From Candidatus Falkowbacteria bacterium (GTDB lineage Bacteria > Patescibacteriota > Patescibacteriia > Patescibacteriales > UBA12465): a DNA stretch of 64,000 nt. Both the position numbers and the translations under genes were made by a program. Where the stretch lies: NCBI GenBank assembly GCA_037137655.1, contig JBAXJX010000001.1, forward strand, positions 33,188 through 97,187, read 5' to 3'. Positions within the stretch are counted from its first letter, which is position 1; each line of letters begins with the position of its first letter. The notes under the pieces are model-generated. The model saw nothing but the letters and a program-made list of their open reading frames with translations, was not told where the DNA came from and searched no databases. Shown here piece after piece: positions 53,868 to 63,707 of this stretch.

Positions 53868-56204
53868 ATGAAAAATAAAAAAGCCTTCACCTTGATTGAA
53901 CTTCTTGTCGTCATTGCCATCATTGGCATACTTGCCACGATTGCCGTTATTGCTTTGCAAAATGCTCGCGCCAAAGCGCGTGATGCGCGGCGCGTGGCTG
54001 ATGTGAAGCAAATCCAAACAGCCTTAGAACTATTTTTTAATGATGCTCAACGCTACCCAACGGCTGTTGAATTAATCCCTGGCGGCGCATTGGTGCATTC
54101 CGATGGTTATTCAACCACTACTTACATGGCGATAATTCCTACGCCACCAACTACGGTTGATGGAAATTGCTCGGCCGGAGATAATAGTGCTTATACTTAT
54201 TCACCAACATCTGACGGCGTTTCATACACGATCAAATATTGTATAGGTGGTCCAGTTGGCGGTATGGCTTCTGGTGGTCATTGTGCTTCACCGGCCGGAA
54301 TTAATACGCCGGGAGATTGCGGTTGGTCTCTAGCTTCAGGCTTTGGTCCAAATACTAATATCCCTGATCCTAATCCAACTTGTGATCCAACTCAGGCTGT
54401 CACTTTTGCCGATACTAATTCCAATGGTTATATAGATGTGCATACTTGCTGCGAGTTGCAACACATTTCTGATAATCCTTCAGCCAATTATGAATTAGTT
54501 AATAATTTGAATTGTGCTAATTCGGTAAATTGGTCACAGAGTGTTACTTATAATAGTAATAGCTATACTTATCCGGGCTTTGTAACTGTTATGGATTTCG
54601 CGGGAAATTTTAATGGTAATAATTTCACGATCAGCGGAATTAATTTTAAAGGTGGTCCAAATGGATATGCTGGTCTTTTTGCTACGGCTAATGGGTCAAA
54701 TGTATCTATTTCTAATACAAAAATGAACAACGCTGTTATTGATCATGGTTACATAGCTTCGCCAACTTACCCGGTTTTTCAATCAGCGGCCTTTTTTGTG
54801 CCACTTGATAACGGAACATTAACTGTTAGTAATGTTTCTTTAGCTAGTAGCTCTTATTCTTCTTATGGTGGTGGCGGTGGTGGTGGTTTGGTTGGTAGTA
54901 ATAATGGTGGCTTTGGTGGCCTTCATGTTAGCGGCTCTAGTGTTGACGGATTAACAGTCACGTATATTAATGGTCAAGGTTTTGGCAGTATTTCCGGACC
55001 TTTATATAATAGTGGTTCAAATATTATTAATGCTATAAGTGATTCTTATGCTAAAAATGTTAATATAACAACTAACCAGTGTGGCGGAAGTGGCGGCTTG
55101 GCTTACTCGGGTTATAGTTTATCATTGTCTAATTCTTATGTTGATGGTTTAACTTTTGACAATGGTTCTTGCAGCGGCGCTGGTGGCTTATTTTTTCAAA
55201 CTGGTTATACTAATATTTCTAATGCATATGTTAAAAATACAACTTTTGCTGTTCCGGGTAATGGCTCTGGTGGTGCCGGCTCTGGTTATGCCGGGCTTTT
55301 CCCGAATGATTCTGGTAATACGGTAATCTCCGACTCCTACGTTGATAATATTGCGATGTATCCAAAATCGGCTGGTTGTGGCGCCGGATTGGTATGTGGC
55401 CTTAGTGATGGCAGTAGTATAACTAATTCCCATGTTAGTAATTTAACGTTAACTGACGACGTTGGTAATGGTGGTTTAGCTGGTATGGTTGCTGCTATGT
55501 ACGGCAATAGTACTATTACTAATAGTTATGTGACTGATTCCAGCGTCACCGGTACCAGTGGCTCCAATAACCATTCGGCTGGTTTAGTTGGAGGTATGAC
55601 TAATAATAATCAGATTCTTAATTCTTATGTAAGCAATTCTACGGTCACTAGTTTTAGCGGGAGTATCGCAGGGCTAGTTAATAATTCCGCAGGAACGATT
55701 AGTAATTGTGCAGTTAAAGATGTCTCATTAGCCACTACTGGCACAACTGGCGCTAGCTATATTGGTGGTTTAATTTCGCTTCCAACTAGCAATACAACCC
55801 TATCTAATTCTTATTTTATTGGAACAATTTCTGGCACTTCTTATTCTTATGCTGGTGGAATTGTTGGTTATACAAATAGCACTGTTACCGCAACCAATGT
55901 TTATTCTATTCCAACCTTCAATAATGGTGGAACATATTATCATTGCTCTTTTGGCCATATCAGTGCTGTACCAAATTTGAATTATGTGGTTTATGATAAT
56001 TCGGTTTGTTCTTATACTGACACTCAAGCAGGCGTCTTTGCTCAAACTGATTCTCAAATGAGAGATGGCTCCGCTTATTCAGTTTATTCTGGTTGGAGTC
56101 TTAACAATCCATCTTGCGCTGGCGCTAATAATTCTAATCCTTGGCGTTGGAAGAGCGGAGGATATCCTTGTTTATATAATGACCCAAGTTGCACTTGTTC
56201 ATAA
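53868..56204 (+). CDS. Prepilin-type N-terminal domain protein fused to a large GLUG-like/parallel-beta-helix-like repeat region
   Basis: Start taken at ATG 53868 (MKNKKA|FTLIELL..); the tracked 53811 start overlaps the upstream gene. After the pilin head come many ..G.GGL.G......I.NSYV.. units and a Cys-rich C-terminus. Confidence 0.78.
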   Translation: MKNKKAFTLIELLVVIAIIGILATIAVIALQNARAKARDARRVADVKQIQTALELFFNDAQRYPTAVELIPGGALVHSDGYSTTTYMAIIPTPPTTVDGNCSAGDNSAYTYSPTSDGVSYTIKYCIGGPVGGMASGGHCASPAGINTPGDCGWSLASGFGPNTNIPDPNPTCDPTQAVTFADTNSNGYIDVHTCCELQHISDNPSANYELVNNLNCANSVNWSQSVTYNSNSYTYPGFVTVMDFAGNFNGNNFTISGINFKGGPNGYAGLFATANGSNVSISNTKMNNAVIDHGYIASPTYPVFQSAAFFVPLDNGTLTVSNVSLASSSYSSYGGGGGGGLVGSNNGGFGGLHVSGSSVDGLTVTYINGQGFGSISGPLYNSGSNIINAISDSYAKNVNITTNQCGGSGGLAYSGYSLSLSNSYVDGLTFDNGSCSGAGGLFFQTGYTNISNAYVKNTTFAVPGNGSGGAGSGYAGLFPNDSGNTVISDSYVDNIAMYPKSAGCGAGLVCGLSDGSSITNSHVSNLTLTDDVGNGGLAGMVAAMYGNSTITNSYVTDSSVTGTSGSNNHSAGLVGGMTNNNQILNSYVSNSTVTSFSGSIAGLVNNSAGTISNCAVKDVSLATTGTTGASYIGGLISLPTSNTTLSNSYFIGTISGTSYSYAGGIVGYTNSTVTATNVYSIPTFNNGGTYYHCSFGHISAVPNLNYVVYDNSVCSYTDTQAGVFAQTDSQMRDGSAYSVYSGWSLNNPSCAGANNSNPWRWKSGGYPCLYNDPSCTCS
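53886..54044 (+). repeat. Conserved pilin N-terminal module, copy 3 of 4
   Basis: Same 53-aa module. It shares GCCAAAGCGCGTGATGCGCGGCG with copy 4. Confidence 0.85.
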
Positions 56205-56228
56205 AATAATAAGTTAACTTATAAAAAA

Positions 56229-56256
56229 AGAATCTCAGAAAAGAGGTTCTTTTTTG
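56229..56256 (+). terminator. Intrinsic terminator (near-copy of 52404-52432)
   Basis: AAAAAAGAATCTCAGAAAAGAGGTTCTTTTTT, compared with AAAAAAGAATCTCAGAAATGAGATTCTTTTTTT. Confidence 0.65.
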
Positions 56257-56288
56257 TTGCTCTAAATTAAAAGTGCTATAATAAAGTC

Positions 56289-57482
56289 ATGAACAAAAAT
56301 CTCTGGATAAGTAAAACCTTATTATTTATTGGCCTAATTATTGTTATTGGTATTTTTTTTAGTTTGGTAATTTGGCCGGGCATGAATAAAAAAAATGATC
56401 CAAAAAATTATTTACCTTTTTCAACCTTAAGTGCTGGGCCAAATACGATTGCTGTTTCTCGACTCGCAGCAATGGAAGTGCCGCAACCAGCACCAATTAT
56501 GCGCATTAAAGCGCCCAAGAAAACTATTCACGGAATTTATTTAACAGCTTATTCGGCGGGGAGCGAAAAAAAAGTAAATAATATTTTAGCATCCATAAAA
56601 AAATCTGAGATCAATGCAGTGGTGATTGACATTAAAGATTACTCTGGTTATTTAAGTTACGACAGTAATATTAAAATGGCCAATGATTTAAAATTGGAGC
56701 AAGTCAAAATTAAAAATATTAAAGCCTTAATTGACAAGCTACATCAAGCTCATTTGTATGTAATTGCGCGTGTAGCTGTTTTCCAGGATCCATTACTTGC
56801 TGATAAGAAACCAGAATGGGCGGTGAAAAGTAAAGCGAGTGGTCGAGCGTGGCGTGATCGTAAAGGCTTGGCGTGGCTCGACACCTCTAATCCGGAAGTT
56901 TGGAAATATCACGTGGCGATTGCTAAGGAGGCGATTGGTCTTGGTTTTGACGAAATTAATCTTGATTATGTCCGCTTTCCCTCAGACGGTGCGATTTCAG
57001 ACATGAGCTTCCCGTATTTAGGTAAGCAAACGAAAGCTGATGCTTTAAGAAATTTCTTTGCTTATTTTTCACAGCAGTTAAAAGATGAGCCAGCTTATTT
57101 ATCGGTGGATCTTTTTGGGCTGACGACGACTGTTAAAAATGATATGAATATTGGCCAGGTAATTGAAAATGCCGCACCATATTTTGATTATATTTGCCCG
57201 ATGGTTTACCCGTCGCATTATCCTAACGGTTTTCTTGGTTTTAAAAATCCAGCCGATCATCCTTACGAAGTAATTTACAAAGCAATTAAATCCGGTGACT
57301 CCAGAATTAAGGCGGTAAGCGATAACCGGGCCGTGCTTCGACCGTGGATTCAGGATTTTAATATGGGCGCTATTTATACCGCTAGCATGATAAAACAAGA
57401 ACTTAAGGCTAGCGCTGATGCTGGTGGCGATGGTTACTTAGTGTGGGATCCGAAGAACGTTTATACTTGGCTTGCCTTCTAA
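56289..57482 (+). CDS. Membrane-anchored putative glycoside hydrolase (DUF4015/TIM-barrel type)
   Basis: N-terminal TM helix, ..IHGIYLTAYSAGS..INAVVIDIKDYSGYLSY.., ..FDEINLDYVRFP... Confidence 0.55.
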   Translation: MNKNLWISKTLLFIGLIIVIGIFFSLVIWPGMNKKNDPKNYLPFSTLSAGPNTIAVSRLAAMEVPQPAPIMRIKAPKKTIHGIYLTAYSAGSEKKVNNILASIKKSEINAVVIDIKDYSGYLSYDSNIKMANDLKLEQVKIKNIKALIDKLHQAHLYVIARVAVFQDPLLADKKPEWAVKSKASGRAWRDRKGLAWLDTSNPEVWKYHVAIAKEAIGLGFDEINLDYVRFPSDGAISDMSFPYLGKQTKADALRNFFAYFSQQLKDEPAYLSVDLFGLTTTVKNDMNIGQVIENAAPYFDYICPMVYPSHYPNGFLGFKNPADHPYEVIYKAIKSGDSRIKAVSDNRAVLRPWIQDFNMGAIYTASMIKQELKASADAGGDGYLVWDPKNVYTWLAF

Positions 57483-57528
57483 ACGGTCTTTTGTTAGAAT
57501 AAGGCAATATTATTAAGATTATAAATTT

Positions 57529-59313
57529 ATGACTAGTCACGAATTACGCCAAAAATATTTAGATTTTTTCAAATCTAAAAATCATACCATTATAACATCA
57601 GCCTCGATTATTCCGGAAAATGATCCGTCGGTTTTATTTACCACGGCCGGGATGCACCCTTTAGTACCTTATTTGATGGGTGAAAAACACCCAGCGGGCG
57701 CTCGTTTAACCGATGCGCAGAAATGTATTCGCACTGATGATATTGATGAGGTGGGCGATACTACGCATCATACTTTTTTTGAAATGATGGGCAATTGGAG
57801 TTTAGGTGATTATTTTAAAAAAGAATCTTTGTCTTGGAGTTTTGAATTTTTAACTAGCCCACAATGGTTGGGTTTAGATAAAAATCGTTTAGCCGTTTCC
57901 GTCTTTGCCGGGGACGCCGATGCGCCGTTTGATGAGGAGGCTTTTGGAATTTGGAAAGACTTGGGAATTGCTGAGGCATTAATTGCTAAATTACCAAAGA
58001 AAAATAATTGGTGGGGTCCAGCTGGCCAAACTGGTCCATGCGGTCCGGATTCGGAAATTTTTTATTGGGTGGGAGATGCGGATAAAATTCCAAGCAGTTT
58101 TAATGACGATAATGATTTGTGGGTGGAAATTTGGAATAATGTTTTCATGCAATATAATAAAAAAATTGATGGTACTTTTGAGCCACTAGCTCAACAAAAT
58201 GTGGACACTGGTTTAGGCTTAGAAAGAGTAACTGGAATTTTAAATGGTTTTTCCGATAATTATCAAGCTGATACTTTTTCTAATTTAATTAAAAAAATTG
58301 AAGACTTGTCTGGCAAAAAATACGGTGTTGATAAAGACATAACACGCTATATGCGCATCGTGGCTGACCATGTTAAAGCAGCTACATTTATTATTGGTGA
58401 CGACAAAGGAATTACCCCGTCTAATACTGATCAAGGTTATATCGTGCGTCGTTTAATCCGCCGGGCCTTACGTTATGGTCGTCAATTAGAAATTTCTCAG
58501 AGCGATTGGATGCGTGATTTAGCTAAAGTGGTGATTGCGGATTATGCTGAGATTTACGGTGAGTTGCAAAGAAACGCCGAGTTTATTGTTAATGAATTAA
58601 TTAAAGAAGAAGATAAATTTAGTAAAACTTTAGAATTAGGACTTAAAGAATTTAATAAGTTAGAGGCGACGGATAATAAAATTTCCGGCGTCGATGCTTT
58701 TAATTTATTTCAGACTTATGGTTTTCCGATTGAAATGACTGAGGAATTAGCGAAAGAGCGTGGCTATCAAGTTGACGCTAATGGCTTTGCCGAAGAAATG
58801 ACCAAGCACCAAGATTTATCACGCACCGCTTCGGCTGGAAAATTCAAAGGTGGTTTAGCTGATTCCGGTGAGGACACAGCTAAATTACATACGGCCACTC
58901 ATTTGTTGTTAGCGGCTTTGCGCCAAGTTTTGGGTGACAGTGTTTATCAAAAAGGTAGCAATATTACACCCGAAAGATTACGTTTAGATTTCTCTTATCC
59001 TGACAAAATGACGCCGGAACAAATTGCGATGGTGGAAAAAATTGTGAATGACGAAATTAAAAAAGCGCAACCGGTTGTCTGCGAAGAAAAACCTTTGTCG
59101 GTGGCCAAGGAGCAGGGAGCAATGGGAGTGTTTGAATCAAAATACGAAGAACAGGTTAAGGTTTATAAGGTTGGTTCAGGCGATACTATTTTTTCGCATG
59201 AGATTTGTGGTGGTCCTCATGTTAGCAACACTTCAGAGTTAGGTGAGTTTAAAATTCAAAAAGAGGAAAGTAGCAGTTCTGGTGTACGTCGCATCAAAGC
59301 GGTGTTGTTGTAA
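57529..59313 (+). CDS. alaS: Alanine--tRNA ligase, short form lacking the C-Ala domain
   Basis: LRQKYLDFFKSKNHTII.SASIIP..DPSVLFTTAGM, ..FFEMMGNWSLGDYFK... Editing-domain motifs HTATHLL and CGGPHV. 594 aa, compared with about 870 aa for canonical bacterial AlaRS. Confidence 0.9.
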   Translation: MTSHELRQKYLDFFKSKNHTIITSASIIPENDPSVLFTTAGMHPLVPYLMGEKHPAGARLTDAQKCIRTDDIDEVGDTTHHTFFEMMGNWSLGDYFKKESLSWSFEFLTSPQWLGLDKNRLAVSVFAGDADAPFDEEAFGIWKDLGIAEALIAKLPKKNNWWGPAGQTGPCGPDSEIFYWVGDADKIPSSFNDDNDLWVEIWNNVFMQYNKKIDGTFEPLAQQNVDTGLGLERVTGILNGFSDNYQADTFSNLIKKIEDLSGKKYGVDKDITRYMRIVADHVKAATFIIGDDKGITPSNTDQGYIVRRLIRRALRYGRQLEISQSDWMRDLAKVVIADYAEIYGELQRNAEFIVNELIKEEDKFSKTLELGLKEFNKLEATDNKISGVDAFNLFQTYGFPIEMTEELAKERGYQVDANGFAEEMTKHQDLSRTASAGKFKGGLADSGEDTAKLHTATHLLLAALRQVLGDSVYQKGSNITPERLRLDFSYPDKMTPEQIAMVEKIVNDEIKKAQPVVCEEKPLSVAKEQGAMGVFESKYEEQVKVYKVGSGDTIFSHEICGGPHVSNTSELGEFKIQKEESSSSGVRRIKAVLL

Positions 59314-60175
59314 TATTATTTCTGGGAATTTTTATAATAAAGCTGCTGCCTTTACGCCAGCAGCTTTTGGCTTTAATGTGGCCATGAAACTTATTTTCAA
59401 TAATTTTTCGAATACTAAAAAGTCCAATACCGCTCCCGCCGCAACTTTTTTTAGTGGTGAAAAATTCATCAAATATTCTATTTAAATTTTCTGGTTTAAT
59501 CCCGCAAGCATAATCTTTAACAATGAAACAAAAATTGTGCGGGCGTTTCAGCGCATATATTTTTATAAGTTTTTTATTTCGGTTTGGTGCTTTAGCATAG
59601 GCATCAACCGCATTATTTATTAAGTTTAAAAAAATTCGACCAAATTCAGTCGAATTGCCATAAAGCTTAATCGTTTCATCGCCGCACAAATTAATTTTAA
59701 TATTATGCTTGGACGATTTATGAGACATTAAACTTACTATTTGTTTTATCTCTTTATTGGTTGAGAAAAAACAGTTGTCCGTTCGATGATTAATTTGTTT
59801 TTTTATGGCGAGGACAAATTTTTCGGTTTTACGCATAATCCGAATTGCCTTTTTAATACCATTAAATCTTTTATTAACTCTTATATCTTTTTCTTTTTCA
59901 GCTAAGTTTAAATATAATTTGGCGGCGCTTAAGTGATTTATCAAATCGTGAAAAGCTTCGCGCGCCAGACGACCAAATTCGGCTTGTTCATATACCGCTT
60001 CGGCGTCAAAATCACCACCTTCGTCGATGGTGTCGGTATAAAAAAAACGGGCCATTTGGGTAATGGTCCGTCGGTGAGGCAATAAATGAGGCAATAAATT
60101 TTTTAGAAAATAAAATCTATGACCGGATTTGCGGCTTGGTAAGTGTTTAGCAATTTGCATGCTATGACTAGCCAT
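59294..60175 (-). CDS. Soluble histidine-kinase-like protein (HATPase_c), with no TM helix or recognisable sensor domain
   Basis: N box FLNLINNAVDA, G boxes ..DYACGI.. and ..GGSGIGLFSIRKI... Candidate H-box region AFHDLINHLSAAKLY. Its 3' end overlaps the alaS 3' end by 20 nt (convergent). Confidence 0.6.
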   Translation of the reverse strand: MASHSMQIAKHLPSRKSGHRFYFLKNLLPHLLPHRRTITQMARFFYTDTIDEGGDFDAEAVYEQAEFGRLAREAFHDLINHLSAAKLYLNLAEKEKDIRVNKRFNGIKKAIRIMRKTEKFVLAIKKQINHRTDNCFFSTNKEIKQIVSLMSHKSSKHNIKINLCGDETIKLYGNSTEFGRIFLNLINNAVDAYAKAPNRNKKLIKIYALKRPHNFCFIVKDYACGIKPENLNRIFDEFFTTKKSCGGSGIGLFSIRKIIENKFHGHIKAKSCWRKGSSFIIKIPRNNITTTPL

Positions 60176-60311
60176 ATTTGCGCCTAATTACTTAGATAAA
60201 TGTAGAATATAAAAATTTACTCCTTCTAAAAATAAATGTCAAGTGGCTAATTTTCGCCCAATAAAATTAATTGTATTTGCAATTTATCCTATTATTTTCT
60301 AAAGTAGTGGT

Positions 60312-62435
60312 ATGAGTATTCAAGAAGAAATAAAACGTCGCCAATCTGATTCCTATGATCCCTTCGTTATTAAGTCGGGCAAGTTGCGTCATGCTGAACT
60401 CGAAGATTCTTTCTATCATTTGGATTGGGCGGAAGAATCTTTTTTATCGGGCAACTATGACAAAGAAATGTTGCGCCGGACTTTTGATTTTGGCAAAATA
60501 AAATATTTTGCGGCTTTTTTGATTTTATTATTTTCCGTGTTAATTGCTCGAGCTTTTTTCTTGCAAATCGTTAAGGGAAATTATTATTATTCCATGGCTG
60601 AGGGTAATCGTATTCGCACCCAAACAATTGAGCCAAAGCGGGGAATTATTTATGATCGAGACATGAAGCCATTGGTCAGGAATGATGCTAATTTTGTGTT
60701 ATATTTAATTCCAAGTGAATTACCGGGCAACGACCAAACACGTGATGAGTATTTGCGTCAGGTTGGGTCAATTTTAGATATTAATAACACTAAGAATGCT
60801 GATGCGCCCAAGATAACACGAGTTGGTAATTTAGAACTCATTCCGGAAAATTCAGCTTTCTTTGATATAAAAAAGAAATTAGAAAAAATAAAACTCCATT
60901 CTTTGGAATCTTATCAGCCATTATTTATTGCCGATAATATTGATTATCAGAATGCTTTATTGTTAAGTTTGAAGACTCAGGATTTTCCTGGAGTATTTAT
61001 CGCTAATAAAAGTAGACGCAATTATTCTATTGGTTCAGGCTTAATCTCAGCTACCTCAACGCCAGCAACAACGAGTGCCGCGTTTATTCAAGAAACGCCA
61101 CTTAGTATTTTGAGTTTATCGCACATCCTTGGTTACATCGGTAAAATTACAGACAAGGAATTGGTGGCTGATAAAAATGACGGCTATTCGTCTATCGATT
61201 ATATTGGCAAAACTGGTTTAGAGTATACATATGAAAAAGAATTAAAGGGTAGCCCAGGTGAAAAAAATATCGAAGTCGATGCTTTGGGTAAAGAGAAAAA
61301 AATTGTTAGTCAAAGTCAGCCGCAAGATGGTAATAATTTAGTTCTATCGCTCGATCTTGATTTACAAAAAAATGTAGAGGATGCCGTAAAGGATGAACTT
61401 AAGAAATTAAATTTAACACGCGCCTCAGTTGTGGTGCAGGATCCACGTAATGGTGAAATTTTAGCCTTAGTTTCTTGGCCGTCTTATGATAATAATTTGT
61501 TTAGTCGTGGCATTAGCCAAGATGATTACACTAAGTTAATTGATAATAAAGATCGACCGCTGCTTAATCGCGCGGTATCAGGAAATTTTCCATCAGGCTC
61601 AACTATTAAGCCGGTGATGTCGGCTGCAGCTTTGCAAGAAAATGTTATCGATGAAAATACCTCTTTTTTAAGTACCGGCGGTTTGCATCTTGGCCAGTGG
61701 ACTTTTCCTGATTGGAAGGCTGGTGGTCATGGTGTGACTAATGTGCGCAAGGCGATTGCTGAATCCGTTAACACCTTCTTTTATATTATTGGCGGTGGGT
61801 ATGATAAGTTTAAAGGACTTGGTTTAGAGCTGATTGTAAAATATTTTCGCGCTTTTGGTTTGGGCGAGCAGTTGGGGATTGATTTACCTAATGAGGGAAC
61901 TGGTTTTGTGCCATCGGCCCAATGGAAAAAAGACACGAAGGGTGAAGTGTGGTATATTGGAGATACTTATCATTTATCAATTGGTCAGGGTGATTTAACT
62001 ACTACACCATTGCAAGTGGCCGCCTATACAGCTTACTTTGCTAACGGAGGAAAATTATATCAACCCCATTTGGTTAAGCAAATTTTAGATAAAGATGGTA
62101 AGTTGATAAAAAATATTGCGCCAGTAGTTTTAAAGCAAGATATTGTTAGTGCTAAAAACACCGAAATCGTGCGTTCCGGTATGCGCCAAACAGTGCTTGC
62201 CGGTAGTGCACGCAGTTTGCAAACTTTACCAGTAGAAGCGGCCGGTAAAACCGGCACGGCTCAATGGTCGAGTACGCGGGCACCTCAAGCCTGGTTTACC
62301 GGTTTTGCTCCGTATGACAATCCAACAATCGCAATTACTGTTTTAATTGAGGAGGGCGCGGAGGGCAGTACGGCTGCGACGCCGGTGGCTAAAGAAATTT
62401 TGAATTATTATTTTACACGAGATAAGATTAAATAA
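60312..62435 (+). CDS. Class B penicillin-binding protein (PBP2/FtsI-type transpeptidase)
   Basis: N-terminal TM helix, ..PKRGIIYDRDMKPLV.., SxxK (SGSTIKP), SxN (ESVN), KTG (GKTGTAQ). 707 aa. Confidence 0.88.
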   Translation: MSIQEEIKRRQSDSYDPFVIKSGKLRHAELEDSFYHLDWAEESFLSGNYDKEMLRRTFDFGKIKYFAAFLILLFSVLIARAFFLQIVKGNYYYSMAEGNRIRTQTIEPKRGIIYDRDMKPLVRNDANFVLYLIPSELPGNDQTRDEYLRQVGSILDINNTKNADAPKITRVGNLELIPENSAFFDIKKKLEKIKLHSLESYQPLFIADNIDYQNALLLSLKTQDFPGVFIANKSRRNYSIGSGLISATSTPATTSAAFIQETPLSILSLSHILGYIGKITDKELVADKNDGYSSIDYIGKTGLEYTYEKELKGSPGEKNIEVDALGKEKKIVSQSQPQDGNNLVLSLDLDLQKNVEDAVKDELKKLNLTRASVVVQDPRNGEILALVSWPSYDNNLFSRGISQDDYTKLIDNKDRPLLNRAVSGNFPSGSTIKPVMSAAALQENVIDENTSFLSTGGLHLGQWTFPDWKAGGHGVTNVRKAIAESVNTFFYIIGGGYDKFKGLGLELIVKYFRAFGLGEQLGIDLPNEGTGFVPSAQWKKDTKGEVWYIGDTYHLSIGQGDLTTTPLQVAAYTAYFANGGKLYQPHLVKQILDKDGKLIKNIAPVVLKQDIVSAKNTEIVRSGMRQTVLAGSARSLQTLPVEAAGKTGTAQWSSTRAPQAWFTGFAPYDNPTIAITVLIEEGAEGSTAATPVAKEILNYYFTRDKIK

Positions 62436-63632
62436 ATGTTTATGAAATTTTTGAAAATAAGTTTTAAAGTTATTGTTTACGGTTTTGCTTTGATTGGTGT
62501 TATTTTAACGGCTGGTTTTTTTGCTGTGAAATATAATTTGACTAATGTGGTAGCAGTGGTTGATAAAAATAGTGATGCCTATCAAGCGGCGGCTCAAAAT
62601 TTTTCTTATGCTGGTTTGTCGACAACTGGCAGTTCGTCTGTTGCAACTTCATCGGGTGATAGTCTGGAGAATATTAATAATAAAATGGCGGAACTAAATA
62701 GTTCCTCACAGGAATTGGCTAACTTGAAAGTGAAAAAAATTCAAGAACTTTGTCAGTTGGATGTGGTGGGAAAAATTTATCCGGTTAATGCGCGTAATAT
62801 AATTTTAGCTTATCAATCTGGCGCTTCACAGTGGTCGTTTGACCAAATGATTTTGGCTTTGTCGCTTCGAGCTGGTAATGATTCAGAATTTTCCAATAAA
62901 ATTAAGGCTTGTTTAAATTTAAAAGATGGCAATTATAATGAAGCACAAATAATAAGCTTGTTTAAAGATGCTAGTAGTAGTAACGCTTTTCCTTGGGCGA
63001 ACGATGAGAGTTGGGATGTGGTTACAGCGGCTATTTTGAAAGATGAAGTGGCGATTAAGCGGGCCGCCGCGGACGCCGGAATTAATCCGCGTTTAATCGT
63101 GGCGGATTTGGTGGTGGAGCAATTACGTCTGTATAACACCCAACGTGAATTTTACGAAAAGTTTTTTAAGCCGTTACAAATTTTAGCTAATGCTAATAAA
63201 ATGGCGTGGGGCGTGATGGCAATTAAAGAGGCGACGGCGATTGATATTGAAAATAATTTGAAAAATAAAAATTCCTTTTTCTATCTTGGTCCGCAGTACG
63301 AAAATATTTTAGATTTTGTTAATACACCTGATGTGGCTAAGGCTCGTTATGATCGCTTAACTAATCCGAAGGATCATTATTACTCTTATTTGTATGGTGC
63401 TTTATTAATTAAGCAAGTTATTAATCAATGGGAGAATAAAGGTTATAACATTTCTAATCGTCCGGAATTAATCGCCACCTTATTCAATATTGGTTTTATG
63501 AAATCTAGTCCAAAAGACAATCCGCAAGTTGGTGGTTCAATTATCACACTGGATAATGTGGACTATACTTTCGGCTCTTTGGCTCACGAATTTTACTATT
63601 CTAATTTGATTCCAAATTTCCCGATGAACTAA
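62436..63632 (+). CDS. Membrane-anchored hypothetical protein
   Basis: Starts 1 nt after the PBP stop. One N-terminal TM helix. No family recognised. Confidence 0.5.
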   Translation: MFMKFLKISFKVIVYGFALIGVILTAGFFAVKYNLTNVVAVVDKNSDAYQAAAQNFSYAGLSTTGSSSVATSSGDSLENINNKMAELNSSSQELANLKVKKIQELCQLDVVGKIYPVNARNIILAYQSGASQWSFDQMILALSLRAGNDSEFSNKIKACLNLKDGNYNEAQIISLFKDASSSNAFPWANDESWDVVTAAILKDEVAIKRAAADAGINPRLIVADLVVEQLRLYNTQREFYEKFFKPLQILANANKMAWGVMAIKEATAIDIENNLKNKNSFFYLGPQYENILDFVNTPDVAKARYDRLTNPKDHYYSYLYGALLIKQVINQWENKGYNISNRPELIATLFNIGFMKSSPKDNPQVGGSIITLDNVDYTFGSLAHEFYYSNLIPNFPMN

Positions 63633-63637
63633 TTTTT

Positions 63638-63668
63638 TAAAAAGCGTCCTCGTGACGCTTTTTTTATT
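63638..63668 (+). terminator. Intrinsic terminator
   Basis: AAAGCGTC-CTCGT-GACGCTTT followed by TTTTT. Confidence 0.75.
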
Positions 63669-63707
63669 TTTTGTTATAATTAGGGTGTAAAAAATTAATT
63701 TATTTTT

